NCBI RefSeq assembly: GCF_004010195.1
Contig: NC_057758.1
Coordinates: forward strand, 3,251,881 to 3,315,880
Source of the DNA: Chiloscyllium plagiosum
Taxonomy: Eukaryota
Reading direction: 5' to 3'
Length of the DNA stretch: 64,000 nucleotides
This document shows positions 1 to 13,600 of this stretch, piece by piece; within the stretch, counting starts at the first letter, position 1, and the number at the start of each line of letters is the position of its first letter. Made by a program: the position numbers and the translations under genes. The notes beneath the pieces were generated by a model. That model did no database searches. It was not told the origin of the DNA and worked only from the letters and a program-made list of their open reading frames with translations.

Positions 1-55
1 GGAGTCTGAGGGATGAGTACAGAGAGCACGATGAGTATAAAATATGTTTACAAAA

Positions 56-1557
56 AGCATAGAACATAGAATATTACAGCGCAGCCCAGGTCGTCCAGCC
101 CTTGATGTTGCTTTGCCCTGTGAAACCAATCTGAAGCCTATCTAACTGCGACTATTCCATTCAAATCCAAATGCCTATCCAATGACCATTTAGATTCTTG
201 TAAAGTTGACGAGTCTACTACTGTTGTGGGCACTGCGTTCCACGCCCCTACTACTCTCGCAGTAAAGAAACTACCTCTGACATCTGTCAATTATCTATCA
301 TCCCCCAATTTGAAGCTATGCCCCCTCATGCAATCCATCACCATCCTCGGACAAAGGCTCTCACTCTTCACCCGATCTAATACTCTCAACCTTCTTCTCT
401 CGAATGAAGCAAGTCTCAAGCCCCTCAATCTTTCCTCGTAAGACCTTCCCTCCATACAACTGCAATGTATTGTTCTATGTTCTATGTAAGTATATTTTAC
501 ACTCATCATGCTCCATGTACTCATCTCTCAGACTCCAATCCCTGGAAACAACACCGTGAATCTCCGAGGTAAGTTACTTTTTAAACTCACTGCTCCATGT
601 CCTCCAAACTCTGACGCCAAGTAAATCTCCTCTGAAACGTTTCCAAAGCTTCCATATACTTTATATAATGTGCTGGCCAGAACTGCATACAAAGCTCCAA
701 GTGCAGCTGCAACACATTTTGATATAGATGGTATAATGGTTCCGAAACTTGATCCCTCTACGAATAAAAGTCAATCCATCATCTGCCTTCTGAACAGTTG
801 TCTCTACCTGGGTTGCAAATTTGCGGGATCAATGTACGTGGACACCGAGATCTTTCTGCTCATCTGCACTACCAAGCAACTTAGCCTTCGCCCAGTACTC
901 TGCATTCCCGGTCCTCCATCCAAAGCGAATCACCTCACAATGTTCCGCATTAAACTCCATTCGCAACCTCTCAGCCCAGCTCTGCAGCTTATCTATGTCC
1001 CTCTGTAACCTACAACATCCTTCAGCAATATTCACAACTGTACCGACCTTAGTGTCATCCGCAAATTTGCTAACATATCCTTCCATGACCTCACCCAGTA
1101 CTTTCATAAAAATTGCAAACAGCAGTGAACCTAAAACAGATCGTTGCAGTGCACCATTCGTCACTGAACTCCAAAATGAGCATCTCCCATCAACCACCGC
1201 CCTCTGTCTTTTCTCAGCTAGCCAATTTCTTGTCTAAACCGCCAAAACGCCCTCAATCCCATGTGGCCATATGGGGTGCAAAAGCCGGCCACGGGGAACC
1301 ATGTCAAACACCTTACTGCAATTCGTTAACACTACATCTACCGCTTTACCTTCATCCATCTGTTTGGTCACCTTCTCAAGAACTCAGTAATGTTTGTGAG
1401 GCACGACCTATCCTTCACAAATCTGTGTTTATTACCCCTTATCAACGTATTCCTTTCTGTATGATTATAAATCCTATCTCATAACCTTTTCTAAAACTTT
1501 ACCCACAACCGAAATGAGGCAGTTTTGCAGTTGTAACTCTGCTTCCCTTCTTGAACA
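56..1557 (-). mobile_element. CR1/HER1-type LINE, 3' part (RT and 3'UTR), degraded
   Basis: Minus-strand ORFs contain SVLGSLLFAIF, SKFADDTK, WAE..MEFN and SFERRRLR. An (agaacat)n tail is at ~56-70. Confidence 0.9.
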
Positions 1558-1559
1558 AG

Positions 1560-2372
1560 ATGCAGGCTTAGACGAACAAGTGGTAAGTAAGATTCGTGCC
1601 ATGTAATAATCATATATTTACCATCACCAATAATACATACCCTAACCATTGCCCCTTGGCATTCAACGATATTACAATCACTGAATTCATCACTATCAAC
1701 ATCCTTGGGGTTACCATTTACCAGAAACTCAACGAGGCTCACTGCATAAACACAGTGGCGACAAGAGAAGGTCAGGTACGAGTGATACTGTGGCGAGTAA
1801 CTCACCTCTGGACACCCCAAAGTATGTCCACCATCTACAAAGTAAAAGTCAGGAGTGTGGTGCAACACTTACAACTTGCCTGGATGGGTGTAGCTCCAAC
1901 AACACTTCGGAGTCTTGACACCATCTTGGACAAAGCCACTCACTTGATTGGCAACACATCTGCAAACATTCATTTTTCCACCACCAGCGCTCAGGAGCAG
2001 CAGTGTGCACTATCCACTGGATGCACTGCAGAAGTGCATCAAAGATCCTTAGACAGCAACTTTCAAACTCACGACCACGTTCACCTAGAAGGATGAAGGC
2101 AGCAGGTACTTGGGACCACCATCAACTGCAAGTTTCCCTCCAAGCCACTCACAACCCCGATTAGTGAATGTCCCAGCGTTCCTTCACAATCGTTGGGTCA
2201 AAATCCTGGAATTGCCTACCTCCCAACATTGCGGGTCAACCCACAGTATGTATACTGCAGCGATGCAAAAAAGCAGCCCACCACCACCTTCTCGAGAGAA
2301 AATATGGATGGGCCATCAATGCTGGCCAACCAGCGACGCTCAAGTCCCATAAATGAATTAAAAAAAGAAATA
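1560..2372 (+). mobile_element. Non-LTR LINE (CR1/L2-group family distinct from HER1), RT C-terminus and 3'UTR
   Basis: ORF 1596-2096 reads PLAFNDITITE..TINILGVTI..HCINTVATR..LWTPQSMSTIYK.KVRS. An A-rich end is at ~2360. A related copy lies at ~59900-60630. Confidence 0.75.
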
Positions 2373-2379
2373 AACACAT

Positions 2380-3340
2380 GACCAAATGATCATTGCCGAA
2401 AAGAGAGGTTCCATTTTATGAGGTATTAATATTGGGGAAGGAGGAACCTGTACTGTTGGAACGGTCTCCACCTGAGCCGAGCTGGAACCAATCTTCTAGC
2501 GCTAAGGTTAAGTAGATTGATCAACAGGACTTTAAAGTAAAAAGTGCAGGAAGTGAAGTGTAAAACTTCAAGCTGTATAATGGCTAACGGGAAACTCAGC
2601 AGCAAGTTAATGTTTGTGGAGGCGGATTCAATTGCATGGAAAGGTATGAACAAAATGAAAAGAAAGATAATTTAGGACAAATTATTGAAGTATGCAGAAG
2701 CAACACGGGACAGGGTGTTTGATAAGGTTTAGTAATATCACTTCAAGCACATTACATAAAGGGATGACAATGAGAAGAGGGACGGTAAATACAGAGCGAA
2801 GGTGTTGTATAAGGATGCACTCACTATACGAAATAAGGTAAATGACCTTGCAGTTTTGATTGATATAGGTAGGTGTGCTGTGGTGAGAATCACAGAGATG
2901 TGGCTGCGAGAGGCAACAGGACTAGGAGCTGAATATCAAGTGTGTGATTCATATCGAAAGCACAGGCAGGCAGACAGACGGGATGGGCTTGTGTTATTAG
3001 ACAGAAACGAAATTGAACCAATAGCAAGAAAGGGTGTAGGATCAGATGTTGTAAAATATATGTGCATACAGTTGAGGAGTTTCAAAAGTGAGAAAAGAAA
3101 TATTGGATGTGATGTGCAGGCCTTCAGACAGTAGTCAGAACATGCGCATAAGATATACAAGGAGATGCAAAAGGAGTATATGAGGCCGAGTTTACAGTGA
3201 TCATGGGGGATTTCAATACACAGGTTTACGTGGAAAAACAGATTGGGTGTGAATCACATGAAAGGCATTTGTGGGATGTCTACGAGATGGCTTTTTTTGG
3301 AGCAATTTGAGGGAGAGTCCACTTTGGAAGAGGAAATTTT
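2380..3340 (+). mobile_element. Older CR1 LINE, ORF1 end and APE endonuclease fragment
   Basis: ORF 2802-3134 reads IRNKVNDL..ITEMWL..YRKHRQ. A MGDFN-like motif is at ~3203. The element resumes after 4558. Confidence 0.8.
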
Positions 3341-3342
3341 AG

Positions 3343-3628
3343 CTCGGTGGCACGGCGATTAGCACATCTACCTCATTATGCCAAAGACATGGGTTCAATC
3401 CCTGCCTCAGGCAATTGTCTGTGTGGAGTTTGCACATTCTCCCCGTGCCTGCGTGGATCTCTTCCGGGTGCTGTGGTTTCCTTCCAAAGGTGTGCAGGTT
3501 AGGTGAATTGGCCATGCTAATTTGCCCGTAGTGTTAGGTGAAGGGGCAAATGTAGGGGAATGGGTCGGAGCGTCGGTATGGACTTGTTAGGTCGAAGGGC
3601 CTGTTGCACACTGTAAGCAATCTAATCA
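3343..3628 (+). mobile_element. HE1-type tRNA-derived SINE, diverged
   Basis: Head reads ggtggcacggcgattagcac...gggttcaatccc, body reads gtgtggagtttgcacattctccccgtg, and tail reads gtaagcaatctaatc. Confidence 0.9.
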
Positions 3629-3649
3629 TCTACTTGGATTTTGGGTTAC

Positions 3650-4557
3650 TTAAATTGTGGATGGCACGAAGCTCAGTAAAGTTGTGAATACTGATGAAGG
3701 ATATTGTGATTATGGAGAGACAGACAAGCTGCAGAGTTGGGCTGAGAGGTGGCAAATGGAGTTTAATGTGGAAAAGTGTGAGGTGATACACTTTCGAAGA
3801 AGAAACAGGAATGCAGATTGCTGGGGTACTGGGAAGAGTCTTAGTAGTGTAGATGAGCAGAGATCTCGGTGTCCATGTAAATAGATCCCTGCAAGTTGTC
3901 ACCCGGGTTGAGAGGGTTGTTAAGAAGGCATACATTGTGTTAGCTTTTATCGTTAGAGGGATTGAGTTTCGGAACCATGAGATCATGCTGAAGCTGTAAA
4001 AAAACACTGGTGCGGACACATTTGGAGTAGTGCGGACCGTCTGGTCAGTGCATTATAGGAAGGATGTGGAAGCTTTGGGAAGGGCTCAAAGGAGATTTAC
4101 TAGGATGTTGCCTGTTATGGAGAGAAGATCCTACAAGGAGAGGCTGAGGGATATGTGGCTGGTTTCGTTCGAGAAAAGAAGGTTGAAAGGTGACTTAATT
4201 GAGACATACAATGTAGACAGAGGGTTAGATAGGGTGGACAGTCAGAACTGTTTTCCTCGGATGGCGATGACTAGCACGCGTGGACATAACTTTCAATTGA
4301 CGGTGATGGATATGGAACAGATGTCAGAGGTAGTTTCTTTACTCAGAGAGCAGTAGGGGCGTGGAAGGCACTGCCTGCAACAGCAGTGGACTCGCCAACT
4401 TTAAGGGCATTTAGAGATCCTTGGATAAGTATATGGACGAGAATAGAATAGTGTAGGTTAGATGGGCTTCAGATTTGTTCCACCGGTCGGTGCAACATCG
4501 AGGACTGAAAGGCCTGTACTGCGCTGTAATGTTCTATGTCCTATATTTTATGTTCTA
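3650..4557 (+). mobile_element. 5'-truncated CR1 LINE (RT C-terminus, 3'UTR, gttctat tail)
   Basis: Translates to WAERWQMEFNVEKCEVIHF and [19 protein letters not shown]. Tail at ~4530-4557. Confidence 0.92.
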
Positions 4558-6120
4558 TTTAGTGTTGTGCAATGATGCAGACTTAAAAACGAAGCTTAAC
4601 GTGATGTAACCCTCGACTTGACTGAGCGAGGAGCCAAGCAGGAATGACAGCGAAACAATAATGACAGGAACATTGTGGGAGTCACAGCAAGCATTTGCAT
4701 CCCTAGGAAAAAGAAGCATAATAAATGGAGTTCTATGCAACCGTGCCTGACAAGAAAATTCAGAAATAGCATAAAAGCTAAAGGCAAAGTATGTCATGCA
4801 GTAAAGGGCAGTGGGAAGGCAGAGGATTGGGAAGCTTACAAAGACCAACACAGGATAACTATGAAAGGAATGTGGAGGGAGAAGGCTAAATATGAGTGTA
4901 CGCTAACCAGTAGTAAAGAAGAAGTGGACTTTGAACTGTAGGAAAAAAGACACTATAGAAGTGGCATTGTGGATCAAAGAAATGGAGGAGGAACTGAACA
5001 ACTACTTTGCGTCAGTCTTCGCAGTGGAATATTAGAGTAACATTCCAAAAATCCCAGAGGTTCGGAGGGCAGAGGTGGGAATGGTGACCATGATCAAGTT
5101 GAAGTTGCGAGAAAAATTGAAAGGTCGAAAAGTGGACAAACCTTCTGAACAGCTGGTCTATATCTCGAAGTCTGAACGCGATAGCTGAAGAGCTAGTGGA
5201 GGTGTTAGTGAAAATTTGGAGGAGCCGGTCTTGGATTAGGTTAGAGAAGTTTAAAAATCAAACAACACCAGGTTATAGTCCAGCAGGTTTACTTGGCGTC
5301 ACAAACGTTTGAAGCACTGTTCCTTCATCAGGTGGCTGTGGACACGGTGTTAGTGGTAATCGTGCAGGAGTCACTGGAGTCAGGGATGTCCCAGAGAACC
5401 GGACCCGTGATTACGGAGGGAATAAGGCAAAAGACGGCGAATTGAGGCTGATTCGCATAAGCTTTGTCGTTGGTAAGACTTTTGGAATCCATTGTGAACG
5501 CTGAAATGGCTCAACACCTGGAGGTGCATGGTAATTAGGAAACAATCAGCATGGTTTCTTCAAAGGGAAGTTATGCCTAAGAAATCTGCAAGAATTCTTT
5601 GAGGAGGTAACGAACAATTTAGACAAAGGAGAGATAATGGCTGTTATCTCCTCGGACTTCCAGAAGGACTTTGACAAGGTACCGCGCAGGAGGCTGTTGG
5701 GTAAGATAAGAGCACATGATATGACAGGCAATGTACTAGCATGGATAGATGATTGGCAGAAAGCAGAGAGCGTGGATGAAATGGTCCTTCTCGGCATGTG
5801 CATGGCAAACGGTGACTAGTGGTGCTTTGCAAGCGTCAATTTTGGAACCACAACTTTTGTTTGCCTACATTAGTGATCTAAATTAAGGAACTGTCGGTAT
5901 TCTAGCTAAGGTTTCAGATGATGCAAAGATAGGTGGCGGGGCAGGTAGTATCGAGAAGCATGGGAGCCTGCAGAAGGATTTAGACAGGTTAGGAGAGTGG
6001 GCAGATAAGTGGCAGGTGGAGGACATCATGGGAAATTGTGAGATCGTGTGCTTTAGTAGGAAGAATGCAGGCATCTACTATTTTCTATATGGGGCCACAA
6101 ATCAGAAATCGGAGTGCAAG
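4558..6120 (+). mobile_element. Older CR1 LINE continuation (ORF2, degraded)
   Basis: Contains QHGFFKGKLCL, DFQKDFDKVPRRRL, KVSDDAKIGG and EWADKWQ. Confidence 0.85.
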
Positions 6121-7096
6121 AACAGAAGTTGTGAGAAACGCTCAGCGGTTCTTGCAGCATCCGTGAAAGTAAGTCGATGTTAAATTTTTGGGTTTGGTGA
6201 CCCCTTCTCAAAACTAATGACAACAAGTAAAATGTCAGTTTTTATGCAGAAGTACGTTATTATGGTAAGGGTGTAAGTAGTTAACGATAGGTGTGGATAA
6301 AACCCAAAGAGAGAGAAGAGCAATGGGACAGACAAAGGAGTAGATATAAATCTGGCTAGGAGAGTGAAAAGCAGTTAATGGAGACAGTTTGTGGCTAACA
6401 ATACATAGTTTGCAATAGCAGACTAACTGTATACAAGTCCTGACGTGTGGGTTAGGGGGCGAGGTTCAGTCCCTAATATTACTGAACTCGATATTGAGTC
6501 TTGAGCGTTGCATTGCTCCCAAACGTTACAAAAATGTCATGTTGTTATAGCAGCTTGTGCTGAGCTTCACTGGAACACTGCAGCTGATCGAAGGCAGAGA
6601 TGCTGGCCAGGGAACAGCGAGTTGCATTAAAGTGGCAACCAAATGGAAGCCAGGGTGCGTTTTCTCTTGCGGGCAGTCACCCATTTGGTGCTTCGATTTC
6701 GCAATGTGAAATGCAATAGATTAGATTGTGTGAAATGCGGGTGAAGTGTTGTTTCACCTTAACAGTATATTTTGTCACTTGGACACATAGAAAGGAGGAG
6801 GTAAATGGGCTGGTGTCACCTCCCTCTATGTTGAGAATATTGGGAGTGAAGAAAGAGTGAGCCAGCGTGTCCAGGAGGGAATGGTCCCTGCAGTAGGTGG
6901 ACAAAGGAGGGGAGTGGAACATGCGTCTGGTGGTAACATCTCGCTGGAAATGGTTGAAATGGAAGGTGATTATCTTCTGGATGTGTGTACTCGTGTGATG
7001 GTAGGTAAGTTAAAGTGGAATCATATCGCTGTTGTAGTAGGGAAGAGGATAGATGAGGGCAGATGTCTGAAAGACCTCCAGTTGAAGGCCCTATCG
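6120..7096 (-). mobile_element. Degraded Penelope-like element (GIY-YIG end and terminal repeat)
   Basis: Minus ORFs read PPLSTYCRDHSLLDTLAHS and VKQHFTRISHNLIYCI, typical of a Penelope-type GIY-YIG region. Confidence 0.7.
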
Positions 7097-7327
7097 ACAT
7101 AGAACATAGAAGAATACAGCGCAGTACAGGCCCTTTGGCCCTCGATGTTGCGCCGATCCAAGCCCACCTAACCTATACTAACCCACTATCCTCCATATAC
7201 CTATCCAATGCCCGCTTAAATGCCCATAAAGAGGGAGAGTCCACCACTGCTACTGGCAGGGCATTCCATGAACTTACGACTCGCTGAGTGAAGAACCTAC
7301 CCCTAACTTCAGTCCTATATCAACCCC
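7097..7327 (-). mobile_element. Young CR1 3'UTR truncated by assembly gap
   Basis: An acatagaacatagaa tail is followed by CR1 3'UTR similar to 59-310. Confidence 0.85.
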
Positions 7328-7738
7328 NNNNNNNNNNNNNNNNNNNNNNNNNNNNNNNNNNNNNNNNNNNNNNNNNNNNNNNNNNNNNNNNNNNNNNNNN
7401 NNNNNNNNNNNNNNNNNNNNNNNNNNNNNNNNNNNNNNNNNNNNNNNNNNNNNNNNNNNNNNNNNNNNNNNNNNNNNNNNNNNNNNNNNNNNNNNNNNNN
7501 NNNNNNNNNNNNNNNNNNNNNNNNNNNNNNNNNNNNNNNNNNNNNNNNNNNNNNNNNNNNNNNNNNNNNNNNNNNNNNNNNNNNNNNNNNNNNNNNNNNN
7601 NNNNNNNNNNNNNNNNNNNNNNNNNNNNNNNNNNNNNNNNNNNNNNNNNNNNNNNNNNNNNNNNNNNNNNNNNNNNNNNNNNNNNNNNNNNNNNNNNNNN
7701 NNNNNNNNNNNNNNNNNNNNNNNNNNNNNNNNNNNNNN
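7328..7738. other. Assembly gap (N run)
   Basis: Run of N. Confidence 1.
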
Positions 7739-7968
7739 GCGCAACCCACCCATACCCCTACATTTACCCCTTACCTAACACTACGGGCAATTTAGCATGG
7801 CCAATTCACCTGACCTGCACATCTTTTGGATTGTGGGAGGAAACCGGAGCACCCGGAGGAAACCCACGCAGACACAGGGAGAACGTGCAAACTCCACACA
7901 GAGAGTCACCTGAGACGGGAATTGAACCCGGGTCTCTGGCGCTGTGAGGCAGCAGTGCTAACCACTGT
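7739..7968 (-). mobile_element. HE1-type SINE
   Basis: Reverse complement of the HE1 head and body (ctctggcgctgtgaggcagcagtgctaaccactgtg). Confidence 0.92.
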
Positions 7969-7989
7969 GACAGAGACAGAGGAACTGAG

Positions 7990-8745
7990 AGAATTGAATG
8001 AGTCTTTACGGAAAACAATTTGCGAGCACGTACAGTCCAGGTAGCTGTTGGAGTCAGTGGATATTAGTAGACGGTTAACCATCGAAATGGAAACAGAGAT
8101 GGCGAGAAACAGAAGGCAGGAGTCAGAGATAAACCAGGTGAAATTGAGGTATGGTGGAAATTAGATCTACTCCGGTTTACCACACTCGCTGCTCACAATG
8201 TGATCTCCTAGATATTAGGAAAACGAAACAGAGACTAAGTGACTGTTTCACGAAACACTTACATTCTGCCAGCCAGACTCAGGCCTGCTGCAATGTTCCA
8301 GGAAACCTCAACGCAAGCTGGAAGACAAACACCTCATTTTCCGCTTGGGGACCTTACAGCACTCCAGGGTCAATGTCGAGTTCAATAATTATAGAGTCTG
8401 TACTCTCCCATATCCTAGCTGCCTACTCCAAACTCACATAGTCTGCCATTCCAAACTACTTGTTGATAGCCACTGACAGTCTCCATTGCAAGATTATTAT
8501 CTCCTCTTTTGTCTATCCAAATGCTGTTCTCACTCTTTGAGATATGCTCCCCTGTATCGTTTATTCTCTGCCCCGCCCACCACCCTATGTTTTTGCACAC
8601 AATCCAATATTTTCCGTGCTACCATTCTGTGCAGGATAACCGGACTCGAAATGTTCAATCTGATGTCTCTGCACAGATGCTGCCAGGCCTGCTGAGCTTT
8701 ACCAGCAATGTCTGCTTTTGTTCCTGATTTACAGCAACGTAGTTC
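7990..8745. mobile_element. Penelope-like fragments (RT piece on minus, GIY-YIG and terminal repeat on plus)
   Basis: ORF 8151 reads RCSQCDLLDIRKTKQRLSDCFTKHL, a degenerate YIGET..RL..RF.EH motif. Confidence 0.7.
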
Positions 8746-8789
8746 TTGCGGTTTCTCTTAAGGTAAAGTTGAAGTTTGAGTCGCTGGTT

Positions 8790-9320
8790 AGGTTTGGCAA
8801 ATACAATGTTGGCATCTACATCAAAATGACTAGAATATACAAGCAGGGATGCACTACTGATACTTTAAATGGCACTGGCCGACCACATTCAGAATATTGT
8901 GAGCAATCTTGGGCCTCACATATTAGGAAGGATGGACAGTCCTTGATGTGTATCCAGATGAGGCTTACGAGAATGATCTCCGGAATGAAAGACTTTGCAT
9001 ATGTGGAACGTTTGACGACTCTGGGTTGAGACTGAATGGATGAGGGTGGATCTAGTTGAAACTTACAGAATACTGTAAGCCTTGAATAGAGTAGATGGTG
9101 GGAGGATGTTCCCATTTGTAGGAGACACTAGTACCCGAGGACACAACCTGAGAGTAAAGGAAGACCATTTAGATTGGATACAAAGGGAAACTCTTTCAGC
9201 CAAAGCCTGATGAATCTATGGAGTTCATGCACAGAGAAGGCCGTGAAGACTAAGCCGTTGTATGCATGTAAGATAGAGATTCCCAGTTTCTTGATTGTTT
9301 AGGGCATTAAAATTACAGGC
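8790..9320 (+). mobile_element. CR1 3' fragment, degraded
   Basis: Translates to GRPHSEYCEQSWASHIRKD and RLTRMISGMK. Confidence 0.8.
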
Positions 9321-10093
9321 ACTTTGATTATTTCCACCAGATACTGTGTGTGGTACGATAACAGAAAATGCTTTAAAGGTTTTTTTTAAGCTTTTACAAT
9401 GAAAGATCAAATCACCGGTTTGGTATTTCCATTTTAGTTTCGTTTAGTTTTTGCTGGGCGCACCAACAAGCTGCCGGAAAAATAAAAGAAACTCCATATT
9501 TCAGCCAATGTTCCCTGGTTGATCCTCTCTGCGAGCTCTCTCTCCTGTAAGAATCTGTGTTGTATTATTCCTTTTTGCCAAAGCGTGTGTTTATTGGATT
9601 TTTCAGGAAATCAGAATTGCTCTTTGTATGGTACACCATGTCGGTCAACTTTACAAATTGTTGTTATTCTAAATTCTGCTTCCTTTTGCTTGCATTTAAT
9701 TTAGAACATTGTAAACAAATTGTGTTCGCTTAAAACTGAGTGGTTTGACTAACTGCAGTATTCACCTTATATCTGTGTAAAACTACTAAATATTTTAGGG
9801 ACTGGGCCACATTCTTGAAACATTTTGAGGAGTTCTCTACACGATCACAACAGGAAAGAATATATCTCACTTGAAATCACAGGACGGTCACAGAAACAAC
9901 GGGTCGTCGGGACACTTTGATCATTATGCCTAGTAAAATAAAACTCCGTCTTTCCGTGTGTATTCTGTGTCTATTACAAAGAAAAGTTCCGCTTTTCCAA
10001 AATGATTGTGACATTTCAGTTTGCGTTAATTATTCACTGCCGGCTGCCTCCCAAGTGCTTGGGAATGGGATGTCTCTGATCAAGTTGAGAGGT

Positions 10094-10612
10094 TTGTGAG
10101 AAGATTTGTAGCTCGGGTGCTCGTTGCTGTGGTTCTGTTCGCCGAGCTGGAAGTTTTTGTTGCAAACGTTTCGTCCTCTGTCTAGGTGACATCCTCAGTG
10201 CTTGGGAGCCTCCTGTGAAGCGCTTCTGTGGTGTTTCCTCCGGCATTTATAGTGGCCTGTCCTTGCCGCTTCGGTTGTCAGTTTCAGCTTCCGCTGTAGT
10301 GGCCGGTATATTGGGTCCAGGTCTATGTGTTTGTTGATGGAGTTTGTGGATGAGTGCCAAGCTTCTAGGAATTCCCTGGCTATTCTTTGTTTCACTTGCC
10401 CTATAATGGTAGTGTTGTCCCAATATACCGGCCACTACAGCGGACAGCTGAAACTGACAACCGGAAGTGGCAAGGACAGGCCACTATAAATGCCGGAGGA
10501 AACACCACAGAAGCGCTTCACAGGAGGCTCCCAAGCACTGAGGATGTCACCTAGACAGGGGACGAAACGTTTGCAACAAAAACTTCCAGCTCGGCGAACA
10601 GAACCACAGCAA
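10094..10612. mobile_element. Penelope 3' end with inverted terminal repeat (arms ~10124-10315 and ~10419-10612)
   Basis: Minus strand reads AREFLEAWHSSTNSINKHIDLDPIY. The second arm is the reverse complement of the first. Confidence 0.9.
10535..10574 (+). ncRNA. Putative minimal hammerhead ribozyme in Penelope terminal repeat
   Basis: gca-CTGAGGA-tgtcacctagacaggggac-GAAAC-gtt-tgc has the CUGAnGA and GAAA core boxes, a stem II hairpin and a palindromic aaacgttt. It is mirrored at ~10162-10201 on minus. Confidence 0.6.
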
Positions 10613-10619
10613 GTTGAGA

Positions 10620-13600
10620 AGATTCTGAACGGAGTGGGTGAATAGGCAGAAGTCGTGGGACCAGTGACAATGCTCGGAAAAGGAATGAGGATCTATAAAG
10701 TGATTTCAGAGATTTACTTTTGAAGCTAAAGCGCAGGACGAGTAGAATGTTGATCTCAGGATTACTACCAGTGCCACCTGCTAATAAGGTGAGGAACAGG
10801 GAGGGATTACAACTAAACACGTGGTGACAGGGCTGGTGTGGAACAGGGGGCTTCAGATACGTAGATAATTGTGGGATATTCTGGGAAAGGTTAGACCTGT
10901 ACATAAAGGATGGGTTCCTCTTAACTGGAGGGACACTAATATCCTGGGCCGGAGATTTATTGTAGCACCTCAGGACAGTTGAAACTCATTTGACAGGTGG
11001 ATGATAATTAGTTACATATCAGAGGACAGGGTCGTTGGTAAACGGGCACAAATGGAATGTAGAAAGTTTGTTGGGAAGGATACGTAATTAATAGGGCAAT
11101 GAGATGGGTTAAAGTGTGTCTGCTCCAATGCAAATAGTGACAAGAATAAGAGTGATGAAAATAGACCATGGATCATTTCTTGGAACTACGATGCAGTGAC
11201 CATTGCAGAGACATGGATATCACAGAGGCAGGAATGGTTTCTGGAAGGGTTCAGATCTCCTAAAAGGAGACATGTAAAAAAAAACAGGGAATGTAGCATT
11301 GTTAATTACAGTGTGCGTTACAGCTGCAGAAAAGAATAGTGTTGAGGGGGGTTTGTCGACTGAATCAGTATGGGTGGAGGTCAGTAACAGGAAAGGAGCA
11401 GTCACTTTATTATGTGTTGTCTACAGAGCCCCTAATAGGAAGAGAGAGATCTTTGAAAGATGCAGATGTAACAGCGTTGTTGTTATGGTTGACTTCAATT
11501 TCCCCAATATTGCTTGGAATCTCTTTAGTGCAGATGGTTTCGATAGAACCGATTTTGGCAGGTGTGTACAGTAAGGATTCCTGACTCAATATGTAGATAT
11601 GTGGGCTAGGGGCCAGACCATATTGGATTTGGTTCTCGCAACGAGCCAGGCCACGTCTCAGATTTCTCCGTGGCATTGCATTTCGGTGACAGTGACCACA
11701 ACTTACCCACCTTTACAATACCGTGCAGAGGCTTAGGAGCAGCTAGTATGGGAAGGATTTTAATTGGGTGAGGGGAAATTATTCCCTTGTTAAACAGGAG
11801 CTGTGTAGAACAAATTTGAACAATTCTATGGGATATGCACAACAGAAATGTGGAGGCCGTTGAAGAAACACTGGTATTTATGATCAATGTGAAGAAGAGG
11901 GTTTCTGTAAAGATGAGACATGAAGGCTCAGTTATGGCGCTCAACAGTTACAAGTTCGTCAGTAAGGACAAAAAGAGAGAGCTATGGAGAGCTTGGAGGG
12001 GACATGAGAAGTCTTTTCTGGTAGAATCAAGGAAAACACTGACGCTTTCAAGAGGCATTACAGGAATAAACGAACGACGAGATTAAAGTTGGAGCCAGTC
12101 AGGGACACGAATGGGAAGTTGAGTGTGGAGTGGTGGAGATAGCAGAAGCACTAAATGAATATTTTTCGTCGGCATTTGCACTGGAACATGAGAATGCTGT
12201 CGAGAAGAACATTGACATTCAAGTTAATAGACTAGACGGGATTGACAAGTTCCCTGGGCTGGATGGTGTTTATCCTCGGATTTTCTGGGAAGATCGGAGG
12301 GGAGATTGCAAAATCTTTGACTTGGATCTTTATGTCGTCATTGTCTATACGAATAGTGCCAGAAAACTGGAAGCTAGCAAATGTTGTCCCCTTGTTCAAG
12401 AAGGAGAGTAGAAGCAACCCTCGTAATTAGTGACTGGTGATACTTACTTCGGATGTGGATAAAGTTTTGCAGATAGGATACATAGCCATCTAGAAATTAA
12501 TAATTTGATTAGGCATCGTCAACAAAGTTTTGTGACAAAGTAGATCGTGCCTCACAAACCTTACAGAGCTCTTTGAGAAAGTGACCAAACAGTTGGCTGA
12601 AAGTAAAGCGGTTGCTGAGGTGTATCTGGATTTCAGTAAAGCGTTTGATAAGGTCCCCATCTTAGTGTCATCTGCTCTATTGCTGAAACTACAGAGGCAT
12701 GGATTAAGAGTGATTTAGCAGTTTGGATCAGAACTTGGATAATGAAATAGGGTGGTGGTTGATGGCGAATGTTCAACTTGGAGTTCAACTACAAGTAGTA
12801 TAATGCAATGATCTGTTTTGGGGCCACTGCTGTTTGTCATTTTTATAAACGATCTGAATGAGGGTGTAGAAAGATGGGTTAGTGAATTTGTGGATAACAC
12901 CAATGTCGGCGGAGTTGTGAATAGTGCCAAAGGTTGTTGCAGGTTATAGAGGGACATATATAAGCTGTATATCTAGACTAATGGCAAATGGAGTTTAATG
13001 TGGAAAAGTGTGAGATAATTCACTTTTGAAGGAGTAACAAGAATGCAGAGTACTGGACAAATGGCATGATACTTGCTTGTGTAGATTAGCAGAGCGATCT
13101 CAGTGTCCATGCATATAGATCCTTGAAAGTTGCCACCCAGTTTAATAGGTTTGTTAAGAATATGCACGGTATGTAAGCTATTATTGGTAGAGAGATTGTG
13201 TTTCCGAATCATGAGGTCATGGTGCAGCTGAATAATACTCTGGTTCAGCTGTACGTGGTGTATTGCGCACAGTTCCTGTCAGCAGATTAAAGAAAGGACA
13301 TGGAAGCATTGGAAGGTTTGCAGATGATCATTACCGCGATTTTACCTGGTGTGAAACGAAGGCCTGATGAGGAAAAGCTGAGGGAGTTGAGGCAATTAGT
13401 ACTAGAGATGAGGAGGTTGAGACGTGACTTAATAGGGACATATCAGATGATCAGAGAATTAGCTGGGATAGAAATTGACAGCCTTTATCTTCGGATGGTA
13501 ATGTCTAGCACGAAGAAACATAATTTTAAATTGAGGGTTGATTGATAAAGCACAGGTAAGAAAAGAGGTAGTTACTTTACTCAGATTTGTAAGGTCAGAG

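Noticed and set aside
7274..7947. Long ORFs spanning the first gap
   Set aside because: They are artefacts of the N run.
9330..9850. Possible solo LTR
   Set aside because: I could not establish boundaries, target-site duplication or a partner LTR by eye.
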